The notes: generated from the letters alone by a model not told the origin. A stretch of 63,846 bases of DNA, filler included, from Kipferlia bialata (GCA_003568945.1; 4 parts of 4 records of this genome joined end to end with filler, not necessarily neighbours in it); one strand, 5' to 3'. Shown: positions 13,916 through 29,500, numbered from the whole stretch's first letter. Translations and numbers: made by a program.

Positions 13916-14490
13916 GGACAGAGCGCTACAGACACAGGCGCACTAATAAAGAAGGCTAGTGAAGGGTACTGGGTCTGTATAAGACGTCGTGTCTTTGCCC
14001 GCACTTTGAGCACAAACAAGAGCAGCACGATGTCGTGAAATCCAATCTTTGCTCTGAATCAGAGTCTGATTTTGCTCTAAACCCTTTTGATAAACCCTAG
14101 ATCAAAAATGTTGTGCTGGCCTAACTCTCCTGTGTCTCTCTCTACCACTCCCTGCTCCCTGTGTGCACTGTATCAGAGCACAGAGACTAGGGACAGTGTC
14201 CCTGCATACTGGGGGAGTGTGTGGTTGCGTCCAGTCCTACCCGTGGCATAGGCCGTGTCAGGCTGTACCCCCATAGCCTATAGCCTCTAGGGCTATATAG
14301 GGTTGTATGGACATGGGATATAGCGACAGAGGCACACCCGTGGCAAGGAGACCAAGGTAGGGGGTAGAGATATATGTACTGTTACACCCCCCCTCCCCCT
14401 CTATATCCCCCCCCCCCCCCCCCCCCCACCGCACACATATATACGCTTATGTTCTCACTTTAGGAGAAGCACCAGCGTGACACCCTCCAG

Positions 14491-14778
14491 ATGGTTGAGT
14501 CTGCTGTGGAGGCCAGTCTGGGCCCAGTCTGTGAGAGGCTGTCTGCACTGGTCAGTATCAGATATATATATTTTGCAGTGTGCCTAACCCTTATATTAGG
14601 AGAGGGGCATGGCCACACACGAGTCCAGGAGGACAACGTCATCGGCCAACGCTGCTGCTGCGCTGGAGACCATCAAGGTGAGACACCCACATATATGTTT
14701 CTATTGTTATATATATGGGACCATCATATTTATACCCTACTCACCACTAGAGGATGTCAGATCTTCATTGCCTCCAGG

Positions 14779-14814
<36 letters not shown>

Positions 14815-14943
14815 TATATATATATATGTATATGTATACACAATAATATACCCTTCTCACCTCAGGATGGCCAGATCTCCATTGCCTCCAGGATCATGTC
14901 CATCCTGGACAGGGTGGGGGAGTGCGAGCAGGTATTGTATTAT

Positions 14944-14974
<31 letters not shown>

Positions 14975-17330
14975 CGAGAATCTATACAGTGTAGTATTCA
15001 TCCTGGACAGGGTGGGGGAGTGTGAGCAGGTGTTGTGTTATTATATCACCATATACCTATATGTATATAATTATATTAATATATATATGTATATGTATAT
15101 ATCTCTATTGTGACAATATACAGTGCAATATGCATCCTGGACAGGGTGGGGGAGTGTGAGCAGGTATGGTAGTTTATATACAGTCAATGACATATGAGTA
15201 TACATAGTATGGTATGTATAGAGAATATGTAGTGTATTATTATCCTGGACATGGAGGGGGGGTGGGGGGTGAACAGGTAGGACTTCTTTGTGTATAGGTC
15301 TCTATGGTATGTTGTATGTACTTCCCTCATGACCTCATTTGTGTTTACCATGTATGTATTTATATAGTAGTGGTATCTCACCCCATAGGCTCTTTATAAT
15401 TGTTTGTAGTGGTCCCTAACTCCCAGGTCCTTGGTGACATATTGAACCTAGATATACCCTCACCCGTATAGTATGTATATACATAAGAGAGTCTAACCCC
15501 CAGGCCCTGTGTGACAGACTGGCCCAGGTGGAGGGGCTGGTGGACTCGAGGTGGCAGCAGGTATACATTGCATATGTAATGAATATGTTGTTTGTATATA
15601 TAGTATAGGAGATGTACTACTAGGCACCTAATTAGTTTACTATACATACTCGTGTTGGGAGCTGGTGTAGAGGGTTTATATTGTATATGTGTATTATTGT
15701 ATATATAGTGGACTTGAGGTGGTAGCAGGCATTGATGTGCGCAGTATAGAAAATGTATGATATGTTTTCACAATCCCGTACCCCCTCACGGTGCAGACAA
15801 GGGATGCCATATATACATTGTATGGCCCTATATATATGTAATACAACTGCACTAGCCTCTATCATATATATATATATACACTCACCCCCAGACCTTGCAG
15901 ACCAGGGATGCCATATATACATAATATATATATATATACATATTGTAGTATATAGTACTATTATTGTATTCACCCCAGACCCTGCAGACCAGGGATGCCA
16001 TGGCCGAGGAGCAGAGGGTGGCAGCCATGGACAGGGAGGCTAGGTGTGTATAGCAATGATAGGTGCATATATACATGGTAGTATATATCTATATATGCAC
16101 ATATGGATTCCTGTAGGAGCAGAGGGTGGCAGCCATGGACAGAGAGGCTAGGTGTGTATAGGATGTACTAGACAACATATATGTATATAATTATATATGC
16201 TATGTATAAGTACATATGTTCATATGCCCATATAAGAAGACAGTGGGAGCCATGGACAGGCTAGGTACCTATTGTGTTTCCCATAGTGTAGATATATGTA
16301 TGTGTATTTGAGTATATGTATATATATATACATATCTTTTCTGATCTTACATCACAACAGGACCCGTATTTATATGTATCAGTATATGTGAGTACATTGT
16401 TTTGTATATACCTTTCTTCTGCTCCTGACCCCCAGGCGTCCCAGGGTGGACAGGTCCTGTGAGGCTCTTCCCCCCTCGCACTTCCCCCCTGTGAGTGTTG
16501 AGACCTCTGTGCAGACAGGCATAGAGGGAGATGGAGAGGGGGGGTTCACTGATGCATCCACAGGGACTGAGGCAGAGGTGGAGGCTATGCCCGTGATCAC
16601 TGTCGATGCGTGTATGTGCACTGACCCCATGCCTCTCCCTATTGTACCTGTTGTCTCTGTGCATGGACCTGCGCCCTCTCCTGAGGTGCAGGCTGTCCCC
16701 ACCCAGGTGACACCCACAGAGGACGAGGGAGAGAGGGAGAGGGACAGAGAGAGGGAGAGAGAGAGACCCGCTGCCAAGGCACAGCAGAGGGAGACAACTG
16801 CTGTCTCCGCCACTGTATCCAGACCCAAGGGTGGCAAGAGAGGGAGGGAGAGAGAGAGGCCTGCAAGAGAGAGTAGTGCCAAGGCCTACCCTGTGGAGTC
16901 AGAGCAGTCTGCCAGCACCTCCACCAGCAGCAACCTCCTCGAGCCCTTCTCCCCCGTGTCCCCCTCCCCCTTCTCCCTCCCTGCACCTGTCCAGCCCCCT
17001 GTCAAGAGGACTGTCCGCAGTGCACGCAGTGTCCGCAGTGTGAGGCGCAGCAGGACCAGGCCCACTCGCACCTTTGCCCTGGACCCTTTACTCACACCCA
17101 CACCCCCTGGGGCTGATGAGTCACTGGCTGCCAAGGGTGGGTCTCTCTCTCTGTTTGGAGGCAAGGAGAGAGAGAGAGAGTCTCTCTCTGTGTCTGACAT
17201 GGCTAGGGTCAGTGCAATGCACCAGAGAAGGGCCGCCGCATCTGTGCAGGGTGTGCCATCTATACTCGAGGAGAGTGATGATCAGATGCTGGACCTGCTC
17301 TGCTCACCTGACAGGCGGTACGGGTCTTGA
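14491..17330 (+). CDS. Hypothetical protein with N-terminal coiled coil and long disordered tail; start uncertain
   Basis: GC-rich exons MVESAVEASLGPVCERLSAL / ERGMATHES...LETIK / DGQISIASRIMSILDRVGECEQ / ALCDRLAQVEGLVDSRWQQ / TLQTRDAMAEEQRVAAMDREAR join the 294-aa terminal ORF that ends at 17330. Confidence 0.6.
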
Positions 17331-17456
17331 AGGGGGTAGGAATAGATAGAGAATAGATATTATATTATGTCAGGAGTCTGTAAATCAGATACAAGTCACA
17401 ACTCCTATATTGAATATATATTGCTTGTCACCCCAAGAAGTGTGTTCACACTCCTC

Positions 17457-19737
17457 TCACATCGATGTGAGCTGCTCCCCCGCCACCTTGATTGCCGTTG
17501 CCATCTGCTGCACCGCACTCTCCACCCCCATGCCCTGGCCCATGTTGACTATCTTCACACTCTCCACAGGCATGTTGCTGTAGATGCCTCCCACAGTCTC
17601 CATCAGCCTCAGCTGGGTGCTCTGGGGGGGTGCCTCCTTCTCAACCTCAAGCTGCCTCCCAAGCAGGGTAAGCTCCTGCTGCCTCTCAGCCTCGGCCTCC
17701 TTGGGGTCAAACGCAGTGTGTATGAGTATATGAATAGTCAATATACAATATTGTTTTCAATGCTTCCTACCTTGAGGTTAAACTCGTCTGCAATGTGGCG
17801 TCTCTTGTGCTCTGCGGCCTGTACCTCCAGGCCCTCTGTCAGCTCCTGCAGGGAGTGCTTCTGCTTGGCAAGGGTGCGCTCACTCTGCAGGCGTGCCTCG
17901 TCCACCAGTCTGTTGTGGGCAAGGAGGTCACGCTCCATGGCAACGGTCTCGTCAGCCTGCACCTGGGGTAAGCAGCGGCATAACTACAAGCGTATGTGAA
18001 AGTTGGAGACAGAAAGACAGACACATACTAGAGAGGGAGACAACTCGGTGTACCTGAGCCATCTCCAACTCCTTGGCCATCTCTAGCAGTAGTGTATATA
18101 TATGTATGCATGTGGACACGAGAGAGAGCAAGACGTCTCTGTATATACTATATCCAGTAATTACCTGGGCCATCTCCAGCTCCTTGGCCATCTCTAACTT
18201 GGCCCTCTCGATCCTCTGTCTCTCCAAGAAGAGCTTCTCCTCCTCCTTCTCGGCCTCAAGCTGCTTTTGCTTCTCGTACACGATCTGCTGGGCATCTGAC
18301 ATGAGAGGAAGTATAAGAGGGTAGAAGAAGTCTACCGCTAGAAGACACATACAAGAATGCCTCCACTATACACTTACTTGTATCAGCCCTTTGCTTGGAG
18401 AGTGCAAGCTCGGACTCCACCCTCTCGGCCTCTAGCACGCTGTCGGTCTCACGCTTGATGCGCTCTGATGTCTGGCGTGTCTCCTGGCGGTATGGGGTCT
18501 GGAGGTTGTTGAAGAGAGAGGAGGACAGCACCCGGACGTCAGTGACCTCGATCGTCTCCAGCCACACACCCCACCCTCCCACCACCGCCTGCATCTCCTC
18601 TCTGATGGCATCTCTCACCAGCTTCCTGTTCTGGATGACCTCCTGGATGGTTAGAACTTCTAAATACGGTATTTAGGTATTTAAAATACCAGAGTAAAGA
18701 ATATATACATTAGATCTAATTAGTATTCAATTATTATACCTGGATGGTGAGGTTGGCCACCTGGTGCCTCACGATAGACTCTGCCATGCGGGCTAGGTTC
18801 TCGTTGGTGGTGGGGTACTCGAAGGTGGTGCGACATAGACCCTGGATGTGCTGGAAGGCCTTGTAGGGGCCGTCATCGTTCCTGAGTCAGAATAGGGTAT
18901 GATGGTGATGGCACAAAGAGAGATAAGATTAGTAACCTCTATCAGTGGTAGTCAATATATATATGAATACAGTATTTCACATACGAATACAGGTATATTA
19001 TATACTATATATACTATATATACATATATAGACTACTATGCGCACCTGCGGATAACCCAAATAAGGAATCCCGAGATCTCAACACCAGAGAACTGCTTGG
19101 TAACCTGCGGTTGGAGGGATTTGTACGGCTACACGGAAGAGTATGTAGTGATACACAGTTACGGAAAGACGAAAGAATATGTTGTAGTGACACATAGTTA
19201 CAGAAGGTCAACTCAATTGTCAATACTAGCAAAGCTAGTCTAGAAATGCAAGACTAGAAGTTCTTGCATCTGAGTCATACATACATACATACATACATAC
19301 ATATACTGTATTCACATATATTGTATATACATGGTACCTGTTGGGCCACAAAGGGCACCTTCTGCAGCACAGTAGGGAACATGACAACCTGTGTCAGACT
19401 AGGGTGGCCACTATAGTATATATAACATTGCCACACACATTGTACTGTAGACAACATTGGCCATATATACCCAATCACCCACCTGCTCCCTTAGCCTGCG
19501 GAAGTGTGCAATACCCACACCTGAGTTCACGAGCTTGCCGTCCTTGACCACAATGCACCACTCGTTCGGCTTGGCCTGCTGTTATGCCATACAATACAAC
19601 TGTATATATGGGTGTATGAGGGGAGGCATGGTGTGTGGTACCTGCATGAAGCGTAGCCATATACCCACACCCAGGGCAACGGCGCTGAAGAGCCCGGCTG
19701 CCACTGCAATGGGCACCGCGTATCCACTGGAAGCCAT
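17457..19737 (-). CDS. SPFH/band-7 (flotillin-like) membrane protein, 9 exons
   Basis: N-terminal TM segment (YAVPIAVAAGLFSAVALGVGIWL), then AKPNEWCIVVKDGK...VEISGFLIW...ESIVRHQVANLTIQEVIQNRKLVRDAIREEM...WGVWLETIEVTDV, which is an SPFH signature. An E/A/K-rich coiled coil follows. Confidence 0.85.
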
Positions 19738-20298
19738 TTGGTTGGTGGAGCGGTGTCTGACTGACTGAGATCAGCGTGACACCGATATATGGCAAAAAAG
19801 GATTGACATTCAAAGGGTTCCCTCCCAGTCACCTTCATGATCTGTTTACTGTATCAGATAACTGGGACTCATAAGCGTCTTACCTCCGTCCACCCTCTAT
19901 AGCGGTCAGACTAGTGAATCTTAGGTACTCGTGGATGTGCAGAAGAGACCCCTGACCTCAATACTGTCACTTAACATATCCCTTTCTAATGATATATGGG
20001 GAAGGCCACTCTATTCTTGCTCACATATATCTCACAAGTTAGTATTTCGTTGATTACCATTAGTCAATTATGTGAAGAATGGCGATATACTAGAGAATGA
20101 CATCTCTGCACACTGTCTTTGCGCTGACAGGTACTCTCTCTCTCTCTCTCTTGCTGTCTCCCCCGCTCTCTAACTCTCCTTCCTTCTTTCTCCCTCTCAC
20201 AGACCAGCTTTGTGCTGAGAGGAACGCTCTCTCTCTCTCTCTCTCTCTCTCCTTCCTTCTTTCCACCTCTCCCACACTGGCTCTGCGCTGACATATAT

Positions 20299-20348
<50 letters not shown>

Positions 20349-20448
20349 NNNNNNNNNNNNNNNNNNNNNNNNNNNNNNNNNNNNNNNNNNNNTTAATTAA
20401 TTAANNNNNNNNNNNNNNNNNNNNNNNNNNNNNNNNNNNNNNNNNNNN
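20349..20448. other. Artificial contig linker (N-run, TTAATTAATTAA, N-run)
   Basis: The 12-mer gives stop codons in all six frames and is flanked by Ns. A poly-C tract precedes it. Confidence 0.95.
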
Positions 20449-20537
20449 TCCGTCAAATCCCGCCCCTGTTCCCCCCCCCCCCCCCCCCCAATCTTGGTAT
20501 GATACTGATTCTGTGTTGAGAGACATTCTGACGCCAG

Positions 20538-23500
20538 TTAGTGGACATTGGCTAGCTGTCCTCTCTGACCATGATGTCCATATGTATGACCTTACAGACA
20601 CCCAGTGGATGGAGTCTCCCTACCCCACACAGGTACAGTCTTATGGATATACATAATACAATTGGTGGGGGCAGTTGTATATTGTATTTTCTGTCTCGAT
20701 TCACCTGGTGATCTCACCCCTGTCCCTCCCCCTCCCGCACCCCTTGTACGAGACCTGGGACAGCATTGAGATGGACTCTCCCTCTCTAGCCATGGACTGT
20801 GTCTCTGGGGTACCCCGTCTGGCACTAGTCACTCGACATGACTTCCTAGTCTACTCTCTCTCCCCCTCCTTAGAGTGGAGACTAGAGCAGACACTACCTC
20901 TAGACAGTGAGTGGAGTCATGGACACCAAGACAGAGTGCAGGTATTAGCATATAGTACAATAACCCCCCCCCCCCCCTATTCCTCCTATAGGTATTTTAT
21001 ATGCAGCTCCCTCACACCCAGGTATCTCTGTATGGCGACTCTCTGACCCTGTCATCAGGGGGCACTCTCCTCTGGTACTCTCTAGATACCAGCAGAGACA
21101 CCCTCCTACCCTCTGACAGTGTCACCCTTCCTCCCACTCTCTCTGTGTCGTCAATGGTATCGTGTGAGGACGGAGTGTGGGTGAGGGGTGATACCCTCGA
21201 TGCTACTGGAGAGCAGTTGCCTGTGGTGTCACTGTACACTCACCCTGTCTCTCTCCCCTGGAGAGAGAGAGAGAGAGACCTGGAGGTAGAGGATGAGATC
21301 TACTACTCCAAGACGCTGTCTTCCAGGCCTGGGTATGCATCCAATGCCCCACCCAGTGTCCAGAAAACCAATGCAGTGACTGCCTCAGCGGCCACCGCAA
21401 CACCTGCTTCTACCTCTAAGAGTGTGGTATCCTCTTCACCCCTTCCTTCTACCCCCCGCTCCCCCTTCCCCCCTCCTGTGATGGGTATGGGTATGGATAT
21501 GGGTGTGAAGGATGCCACCCCCGACCCAGTATTCACACTAGACACCGGCACTGACCCCACCTCCACCCTCTCCTCCTCTGCCACCCCCGCAGCCTATACT
21601 GGTACCAGTATAGCAACACAGGCTGAGTGGATGGTGGTAGGGGCAGAGGGAGAGGCAGCCGCTATTGGTATGGTGTATGTGTATGAGAGACAGGATGACC
21701 TCTCCTGGGCTCTCTCCCAGACCCTCTCTCCACCTGTGGGTACTGTACCCACTACTGTGGATGGTACACCCACCCTCTCCTATGGCCATACAGTGTCTCT
21801 TTCCCCCACCCTCGTCCTAGCCATCAGTGCCCCCCACTTGTCTGTAGATGGCACAGACTCTGTCGGTGGGGTGTACATATACACACTGGTGGGTGGGTCT
21901 TGGGCGTTGGATACCACCCTCCTACCCCCTGTATCTGTCGCTGGTACCATGTTTGGCTCCGATGTTGCGCTCTCTCCCTGGCAGGCTGTGGTGGCTGGTG
22001 TCTCCAGTGTATACCACAGCGCCTATTCTGCTGGTATATGGGGTGAGGTGACCACTGTCCCTGAGGCGGTGGCCGGTGTATACGCCCTAGGGGTGGTACG
22101 TGTGGGAGCTGCCGGTCACTGGGTATCTATCATGACCCACTCCCATCTCTTCCTCTACCACACCGAGGAGTATGGGTGGGCGGATGTACCGACCCAGACC
22201 ATTGAGCACGGATATGATACTGATGATGTCACTGTCACACTGAGTGTACATAGTGAGAGTGCCAGCCTCGCTCTCTCTGCATATGATGCTGGGAATGCAT
22301 GTGTGGATGTGTACTCTCTGTCTGAGTCCACTTGGGTGTTTCAGACCACCATCACTGGGGTACAGGGTTCCACACTCTCCCTCTATGCTAGCACCCTAGC
22401 CATAGGGTCAGAGGCTGGTGTGGAGGTATACTCCAATGACTTCTCATCTGGGTGGGTGAGTACACTATCCCTCACACCTGACCTAAGTGGTGGTGCATGT
22501 GATGTGGCACTCTCTCCATATGGTCTCTTTGTTGGTGCTCCTGCTATTGAGTCAGGTGGCGGTGGAGTGTACTGGTTCTCAGCTGCTGTACCCACACCCA
22601 CACCATCCTCCGCCGTAGAGACGCTTCTAGAGGAGCTTGAGGTTGTACCTTCCCTACTCCAGCCTAGTGTGACTGCCAGTGCTCACGCTGGGCATGCTGT
22701 ATCCTCTAGTGCAGACTGGATAGCTGTGGGCGCCCCTAATGACGCTAGTGACGAGGGCCGTGTGTACATGTACCAGACCGTCCCAGACACTGGTGTGCAT
22801 ACACTCCACAGCACCCTCTCCCCCATTGGTACCCCAGTTGCATCAGGGGGTGAGATACTCTTTGGCCAGTCTGTCTCACTCTCTGGTGACAGACTGGCTG
22901 TGTCTGCTCCCAAGGTGCAAGGGTCTGGTGTCGACGGAGTGGGTGTGGTGTACATGTACCACTACAATGTGGACACTTGGGAGGAGACCGCCACTCTGAT
23001 ACCCCCTGTCAGCACCCTTGACCACTCATTCGGTACTAGCATCGGCCTGAATGGTGATCACCTAGTTGTTACGGCAGCGGATACTGTGTATAGTGTCAGG
23101 TACACTGAAGGGTCGGGGTGGGGGACTGTGACGCCTGTGTCAGAGCCTGTTGTTGGTGCATTCGCTGGCCTTACCTCCCAGATCTCTCTCGATGGAGGCT
23201 GGGCAGCTATAGTCACATCCGACCTATTGGTTCTGTATGACCTGTCTCTCTCAGAGTGGCACCTGCAGACACCCTACCAGACCATTTCCCATGGATATGC
23301 CACATCAAAGCTAGGTGTGGATCTAGACATGGAGTCGGGTCGATGTGCTATCAGTGTCTACGATACTACTCTCCAGTGTGTGGATGTGTATGGCTACGTT
23401 GACCCCACCTGGGTTCTAGAACAACACTTGACGGGAGTAGTGGGGACCAGCATATCTATGCATGGGGCTCTCCTTGCTATCGCCTCCGATATCAGTGTAG

Positions 23501-26500
23501 AGGTGTATGCCCATGACTCTACCCTTGGTATCTGGGGACACACCACCTCCATTGCACCTGCTGAGAGTACACAGATAGCATCTGTGGATATCTCTGACGG
23601 AGGTCTTGTTGTTGGCGACACCCTGCTTACTAACGCTGCTGCAGCAGAGGCTGGTGGGGTGTATTCTATCCCAATCACCTCTGTGAGCCTAGGCTATCTC
23701 ACACTACCCGGGTCCCCCAGTGCCTCCCTATTAGAGCAACTGGCTATTTCCCCCACACTCCTTCAGCCCTCCTGTGCTGCTGACGCCCATGTAGGTGCTA
23801 CAGTAGCCACCCATGGACACTGGTTAGTGATTGGAGCCCCTCAGGAATCAGCTCTGAGGGGACGGGTATATGTCTACAAGCTCCAGTCTAGTACTGGTGA
23901 CTGGCTACCTTTCCAGATTATTGATCCCCCTGTTTCATCCTTAGCGTCGCTTTCTGGTAGTCTAGAGTTGTCATTTGGACTCTCAGTGGCTGTTTATGGT
24001 GACAGGGTTGCTATTGGCGCCGAGGGTGAGAGGCTAGACGACCTCGACCATGTCGGTACTGTCTACACCTACACACTCTCTGGGGCATCGTTTGAGCTTG
24101 AGACCAAGTTCAGCCAGACAGTGAGTGCGGCTGGGTCCTACTTTGGAAAGAGTGTGGCCTTAGGCGATACAGACGTAGTCATCGGAGCAGTTGGCGATGT
24201 GTATACCTCCCGACTCTCTGAGGGAGTCTGGGGCTCCCTTCAGGAAGTGGTAGATCCCACTGGGACCTCTTTCACTTCTGATGAGTTCTCTCTTGTGGTA
24301 GACGAAGGCTGGTTGGCGGTACTCACCCGGAACGATCTCTACCTGTACAAGACTAGTACAGACGCCTGGTACTCTGCGCCTACCCAGACTGTCACCCATG
24401 CCCTCGACTCCACCACCCTCTGTCTTACCCTGGACAGTGGGAGTGGGTGGGGCCGACTCGCTTTGGGTGAGACAACCGCCTCCACTGTCGATGTGTATGT
24501 CTATGACTATCCAGACTGTGACTCTGACGCTGAGTGGGCACTGGAGCAGCACCTCTCAGCTATGAGTGTGGAGCATGTGGCTATCTATGGGTCCAGCCTC
24601 ATTCTATCCTCTGTAGGAGGGACAGCTGTCTACCTGCTAGATACAGTATGGACTGCCGGTCCTTCTCTCACACCTGCCCTCAATGGGGAGTTGTCCTCCC
24701 TCACCGTCTCTGAGCATGGGGTGTTCCTCGGGTCCTCTGCATTAGAGTCAGGCGGCATTGCCGGGGCTGGGGGTATAGTGGTGTACTCAGCCACAATGCC
24801 GTCCCTTCCGTTTGAGCCTTGCCTCTCACTTACAATGCGTGCCCCTGGAATCACTGTTGTGGGAGACTCATATGTCATAGAGGCCTTCCCAGTCGACAAG
24901 TGCGACAGCATTGTCTCTGGTACGAGTGTGTTCATTACACTGTCAGACTCCACTGGTGACATTCTAGAGACATGGTCAGTGGATGACAATGCAGTAGATG
25001 GGGTGTACTCTGTGACACATACCCTAGACTCCGTAGGAGAGTACTCTCTCTCCATCTTTGCGGAGGACCTGTCTGTGTCGCAGTCCCTCACAGTGTTAGA
25101 GGAGGCACCTGGGGTTGTATACCACTACCCGCCTATTGACAGCTACACACTGTCTGATTATAGTTACGACGAAGAGTACCCACTGAAAGCCTCTGACAGC
25201 AACACCTTCGTTTGCGAACATGATTATGGAGTGTTTGCTGTTTTTCACAGAGACAGTCACAATGTCGAGAGCCGGTGGCAGTATGTTCAAGATATTGAGT
25301 TGCCCTCTGAGTCTCGTAACTCTGCGTATCATAACTACTTGTCTCTCGCAGTCGACGGAGACTGGATAGCTGTTGGTGACTGGCAACTCAACAGTTATAG
25401 TGGCGTTGTTTACCTCTTCAAGTTCAGTGATGGAGAGTGGGGGTATCATGAAACCCTGCTGCCCCCAACAGCTGTGTCGTACCTGTACTTTGGGTATGCT
25501 GTTACCATCGGTTCAGACCTTATTATGGTGACAGCTAACGACTATGTATTCGCAGTTGAGTACTCCCAAGAGACTGGTACATGGGGATCTGTATTGGGAC
25601 TTGTGAGAGAGTCATCAGACCAGTTTTACAAATACACACAGATCCAAACTGACGTCACTGACAACTGGGTATTCGTGCTAACTCCGAGATACTACTATTG
25701 GGATGCCAACCTCCTGTATGTATACGACCGCACATCTCCGGACTGGGTGTCGGCTCCCCTTCAGGTAGTCTCTCTTTCCAATTCATCTAAGAGCGACAAC
25801 TCTGGGACGCTAGCAGCTAGCCGCAGTCATGATAGAGTCGTAATTGGAGTATTCTATAACTACGATTCGTATCCCTATGGGCTGGACATGTACAGCGTAG
25901 CGTACAATGGGGAACAATGGGTTGAGGAGGACAGCATTACCAGCGATTATGAGAAGCGCGGCAACACAGACCCAATGTCTACCGTGGCTTCCAACGGTGA
26001 TATTGTAGTAATTCGCCACTTTGAGGTGACATATGTCCAGATATTCAACGACGCTACGTCTGTTTGGGACACAAGGACCATTGGGAGGCCGAGTTCTGAT
26101 GACTTGGGGACATTTGCAACTCTGAGTTTGTGGGACAACGTCGAAGTGGTTGGAGAGTACATTTACCTGTACCCACAGGACGAAGTGTATGTGTATAGGG
26201 CGGCAGACCTATTTGTGTCTGAGGAGTGGCCTCTGGTGTCAGAGCATGTGGATCTTAAGATGACCCATACACAACCCAGTACGGGTTCCTTGACTCTATT
26301 CGATGCATACGGATATAAAGTCACTTCCAAAGTGGCTAGTCAACCAGAGTGTACACACGGCCTAGCATCTTCCTCTTGGGATAGTGAGGAATGTGTGTCT
26401 GCCCTCTCGTGGTCCTTGGACATGACATACGATGGTATTCAGAGGATGGAAGTGCGTGTAGGTGGAGAGCTTTTGGCAACTCGCACCTTGTATGTGTCCA

Positions 26501-29500
26501 CACTCTCCCTCTTCTGGGCTGCATCAGCTGAGTTTTCAGCTGCATATTCTGATGTGTGTGAGCGGCAGACATTCGACGTTGATGTAAGAAACAACGTTGG
26601 AGGACTGATGCCTGTGGATTACGGTGCTTCCATCACTGCAGGGTTTGACAGTGATGTCTTAGTCTCACCAACCTGGGTATCTAGTTCCAAGTCATACCGG
26701 TTCTCTGTACACGCACCTGCCACTGGTGGTCAGCACACTTTGAAGTGCTACATCGACGGAGAGGTACCCATGACTGCACTACACATATATACATATATAC
26801 ATTCTCCTGACACTTATCCCAGGTGCTAGCCACTGAGACGGTCACCATCAGTCGCACTACCAGTGAGGCCTTCTCTATCATAGAGGTTGCTGCGACGGTG
26901 CCCCCCAACACCCCCTTCACCATAGTGGCATCCCCGAGGGATAGCTGTGACGCTGTGATTGGGGGCCGTACTGTAACTCTCACTGTCAAGAACAGTAACT
27001 TAGGTGTGTCAGAGACCGCAGCCCTCGAGGATAGTGGCGGTGACCCAATGTACGCCCATACATTGTCGCTTGCCATTGAGGGAATCTACACGATTACAAT
27101 GACTGTCGATGGTGTTACCAAGACAAACACTGTCAATGTTGCTTCAGCCAGTATCGATATTGGGGGCACGTCACGGTACATCTCCTCTCAGTACTCAGTA
27201 CTATCTGGTACTCCTACCACACTAGGAGAGGCATTTACGGTGACTCTGGTCCTTAGAGATTCCGCCGATGTCCTTGTGAGATCCAATGCATACCCACTCT
27301 TTGGGTTTGACACTGAGATTCTTGTGGCTGGCACGTGGAGTTCCTACTATGACCAGTACACATACTCTGGTGTGGTGTGTGGACTATCTCTGGACACCTC
27401 AGCGTTCCAAGTAGAAGTGGGTGGGAGCATCTTGCTCTCTGTCCCCATTACTCTGACTCAGAGTGTCAGCCAGGCTGAGTCTGAGATTGATGCGGTAGAC
27501 ACTGTCCTCCCTGGAGCATCAGTCACCTACACACTCCTCCCCAGGGATGCATGTCGTGTAGTCATGGGTGGACTCACTCTGTCATTCACGATATCCTCGT
27601 CTGACGGGTCTATTCTGGTTGATGAATCCGTCACTGATGTTTCAGTGGCACTTGAGTACACACATACTGTTGTGGTACCGGTTGAGGGTGCATACACAGC
27701 TACAATGACCTCTGGGGACGTCGCTATACAAGACACCCTCTACGCATCTCCCCACGCGATTATGAGGGACGGAAAGTACCGATACCTCTCTCCATCTCAG
27801 TCCACCCTCGTTGGGATCCCCACCTACATATGCTCCTACGACATCGTCCTAACCCTCGTCGATGTCACTGGGACCGCCATTCCTGTCAACCTCTATCCCA
27901 AGCTGGGGTTCGACTCCTCTCTTGGACTTGCAACATGGGATGAGACGTCACAGAACTACACACTCTCCGGCAGTGTATGTGATGGCCATGCAAGTGCGAC
28001 CACCTTCTCAGTTGAGGTTGTAGGTGTGGTGATCTTCAGCGAGGCCGTTTCGCTGGCAAGAGATATGTCAGAGAGCGAGTCAGTGCTAGAGCTGCTCGAC
28101 TTCTGCACCCCAGGGACTGTAGTCCCTATCACTATGCAACCCAACGATGGGTGTGGGACAGTCTTCACTGGCCTGGACGTGACTCTCACTGTCCTCAACC
28201 CAGATGGATCAGAGTACTCGACTGAGATTGTCACAGACAGTGGGGGAGGAGTGTACAGCACATCTACAACACCTACATCTGAGGGAGAGTACATTGTCAG
28301 TATGTCCACTGGAGATTTGACAAAGAGTCACACGCTCTCTGTTGCAGTCCTCTCTGTCTTCCTAGGGGGGAGCTACACCCACGTCTCTGCAACCTACTCC
28401 TCTGTCGCTGGATTGCCCTCTTCTGCGGGCACATTTATCGCCTACCTCTCCCTACGCGATGTCACAGGTGCACTTATCACCCAGAACCTTGCACCGGTGA
28501 TGGGGTGGGAGGGGTATACCAGGACTGGTGCATGGGACCAGGACAGTAGTACGTACTCTGGTATGAGCAGGGTGTGCTCTCTCGGACCCCAGACCTACAA
28601 GGCCCGGGTTGGATCAGTGGAGATCCTCTCCATAGACACCACCATCCTGGAGTATGGGTATCTGTCACAGAGTCTTAGCCAGGTGACTGTCACACCAGCC
28701 GCAAGTGTAGGCGGTACTATAACCGTGACAGTGACACCACAGGATGACTGCGGAATAGCTGTGGCTGGCAAGGTGGTGGAGTTGTCGATAGTGTCAGGAC
28801 CCTCCCCTATGGTTGTGACCCAGCACAGGACAACAGAGGTAGATGGGGTATACACATACTCATACAGTCCCACTGAGGAGGGCACCTACGCTGTCAGTGC
28901 ATATGTTGGCAACACCCAACTTGAGGCCACGATGAGAGGGTCGGTGTCTCTGTACGAAGTGATAGATGTAGACGGTGCCACACAGTATGTGTCCTCCAAC
29001 TCTGCACTGGAGAGTGTTCCTGCATCCGTGTCTTCAGCAGAGACAGTGACCGGCGTAGTTACTCTTAAGGACTACAATGGAAACATCATCGACAAGGAGT
29101 GTCCTGTCACTGTAAAGTGGAGAGGAGGCGATGCTGGGACAGTGCAGTGGCAGAGTGACAGTAAGACTTACACAGTGTCACTCACTGCTCCCTCTTCCAT
29201 GGCCCTTGGTGCTGACCTCTGGGTTGATGTCTCAGTTGATGGCAATCCCCTACTGTCAGCCCCTGTGACTCTTGCCCTGTCATTCAGTCCCTCTGGAGGT
29301 GGAAGCATTGCAGTATCAAGTGTAGCTGGCCTCACCATTCCTGATCTGACAACCTGTGAGACAGTCAGTGTCACATTCCAGTTGGTGGATTCTGACTCTA
29401 CTGCCGTGACAGCTGATCTCTCTGACTCTCTTACTGCCGGCTGGGACGGTGTCTTTGATGCAACACCAAGCTTTGATGGCACCAATACCTACTCCGTCTG

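Noticed and set aside
20632..20707. Non-canonical TG acceptor (ttcacctg|GTGATC)
   Set aside because: A canonical in-frame AG exists at 20673-20674, so this cannot be decided without RNA data.
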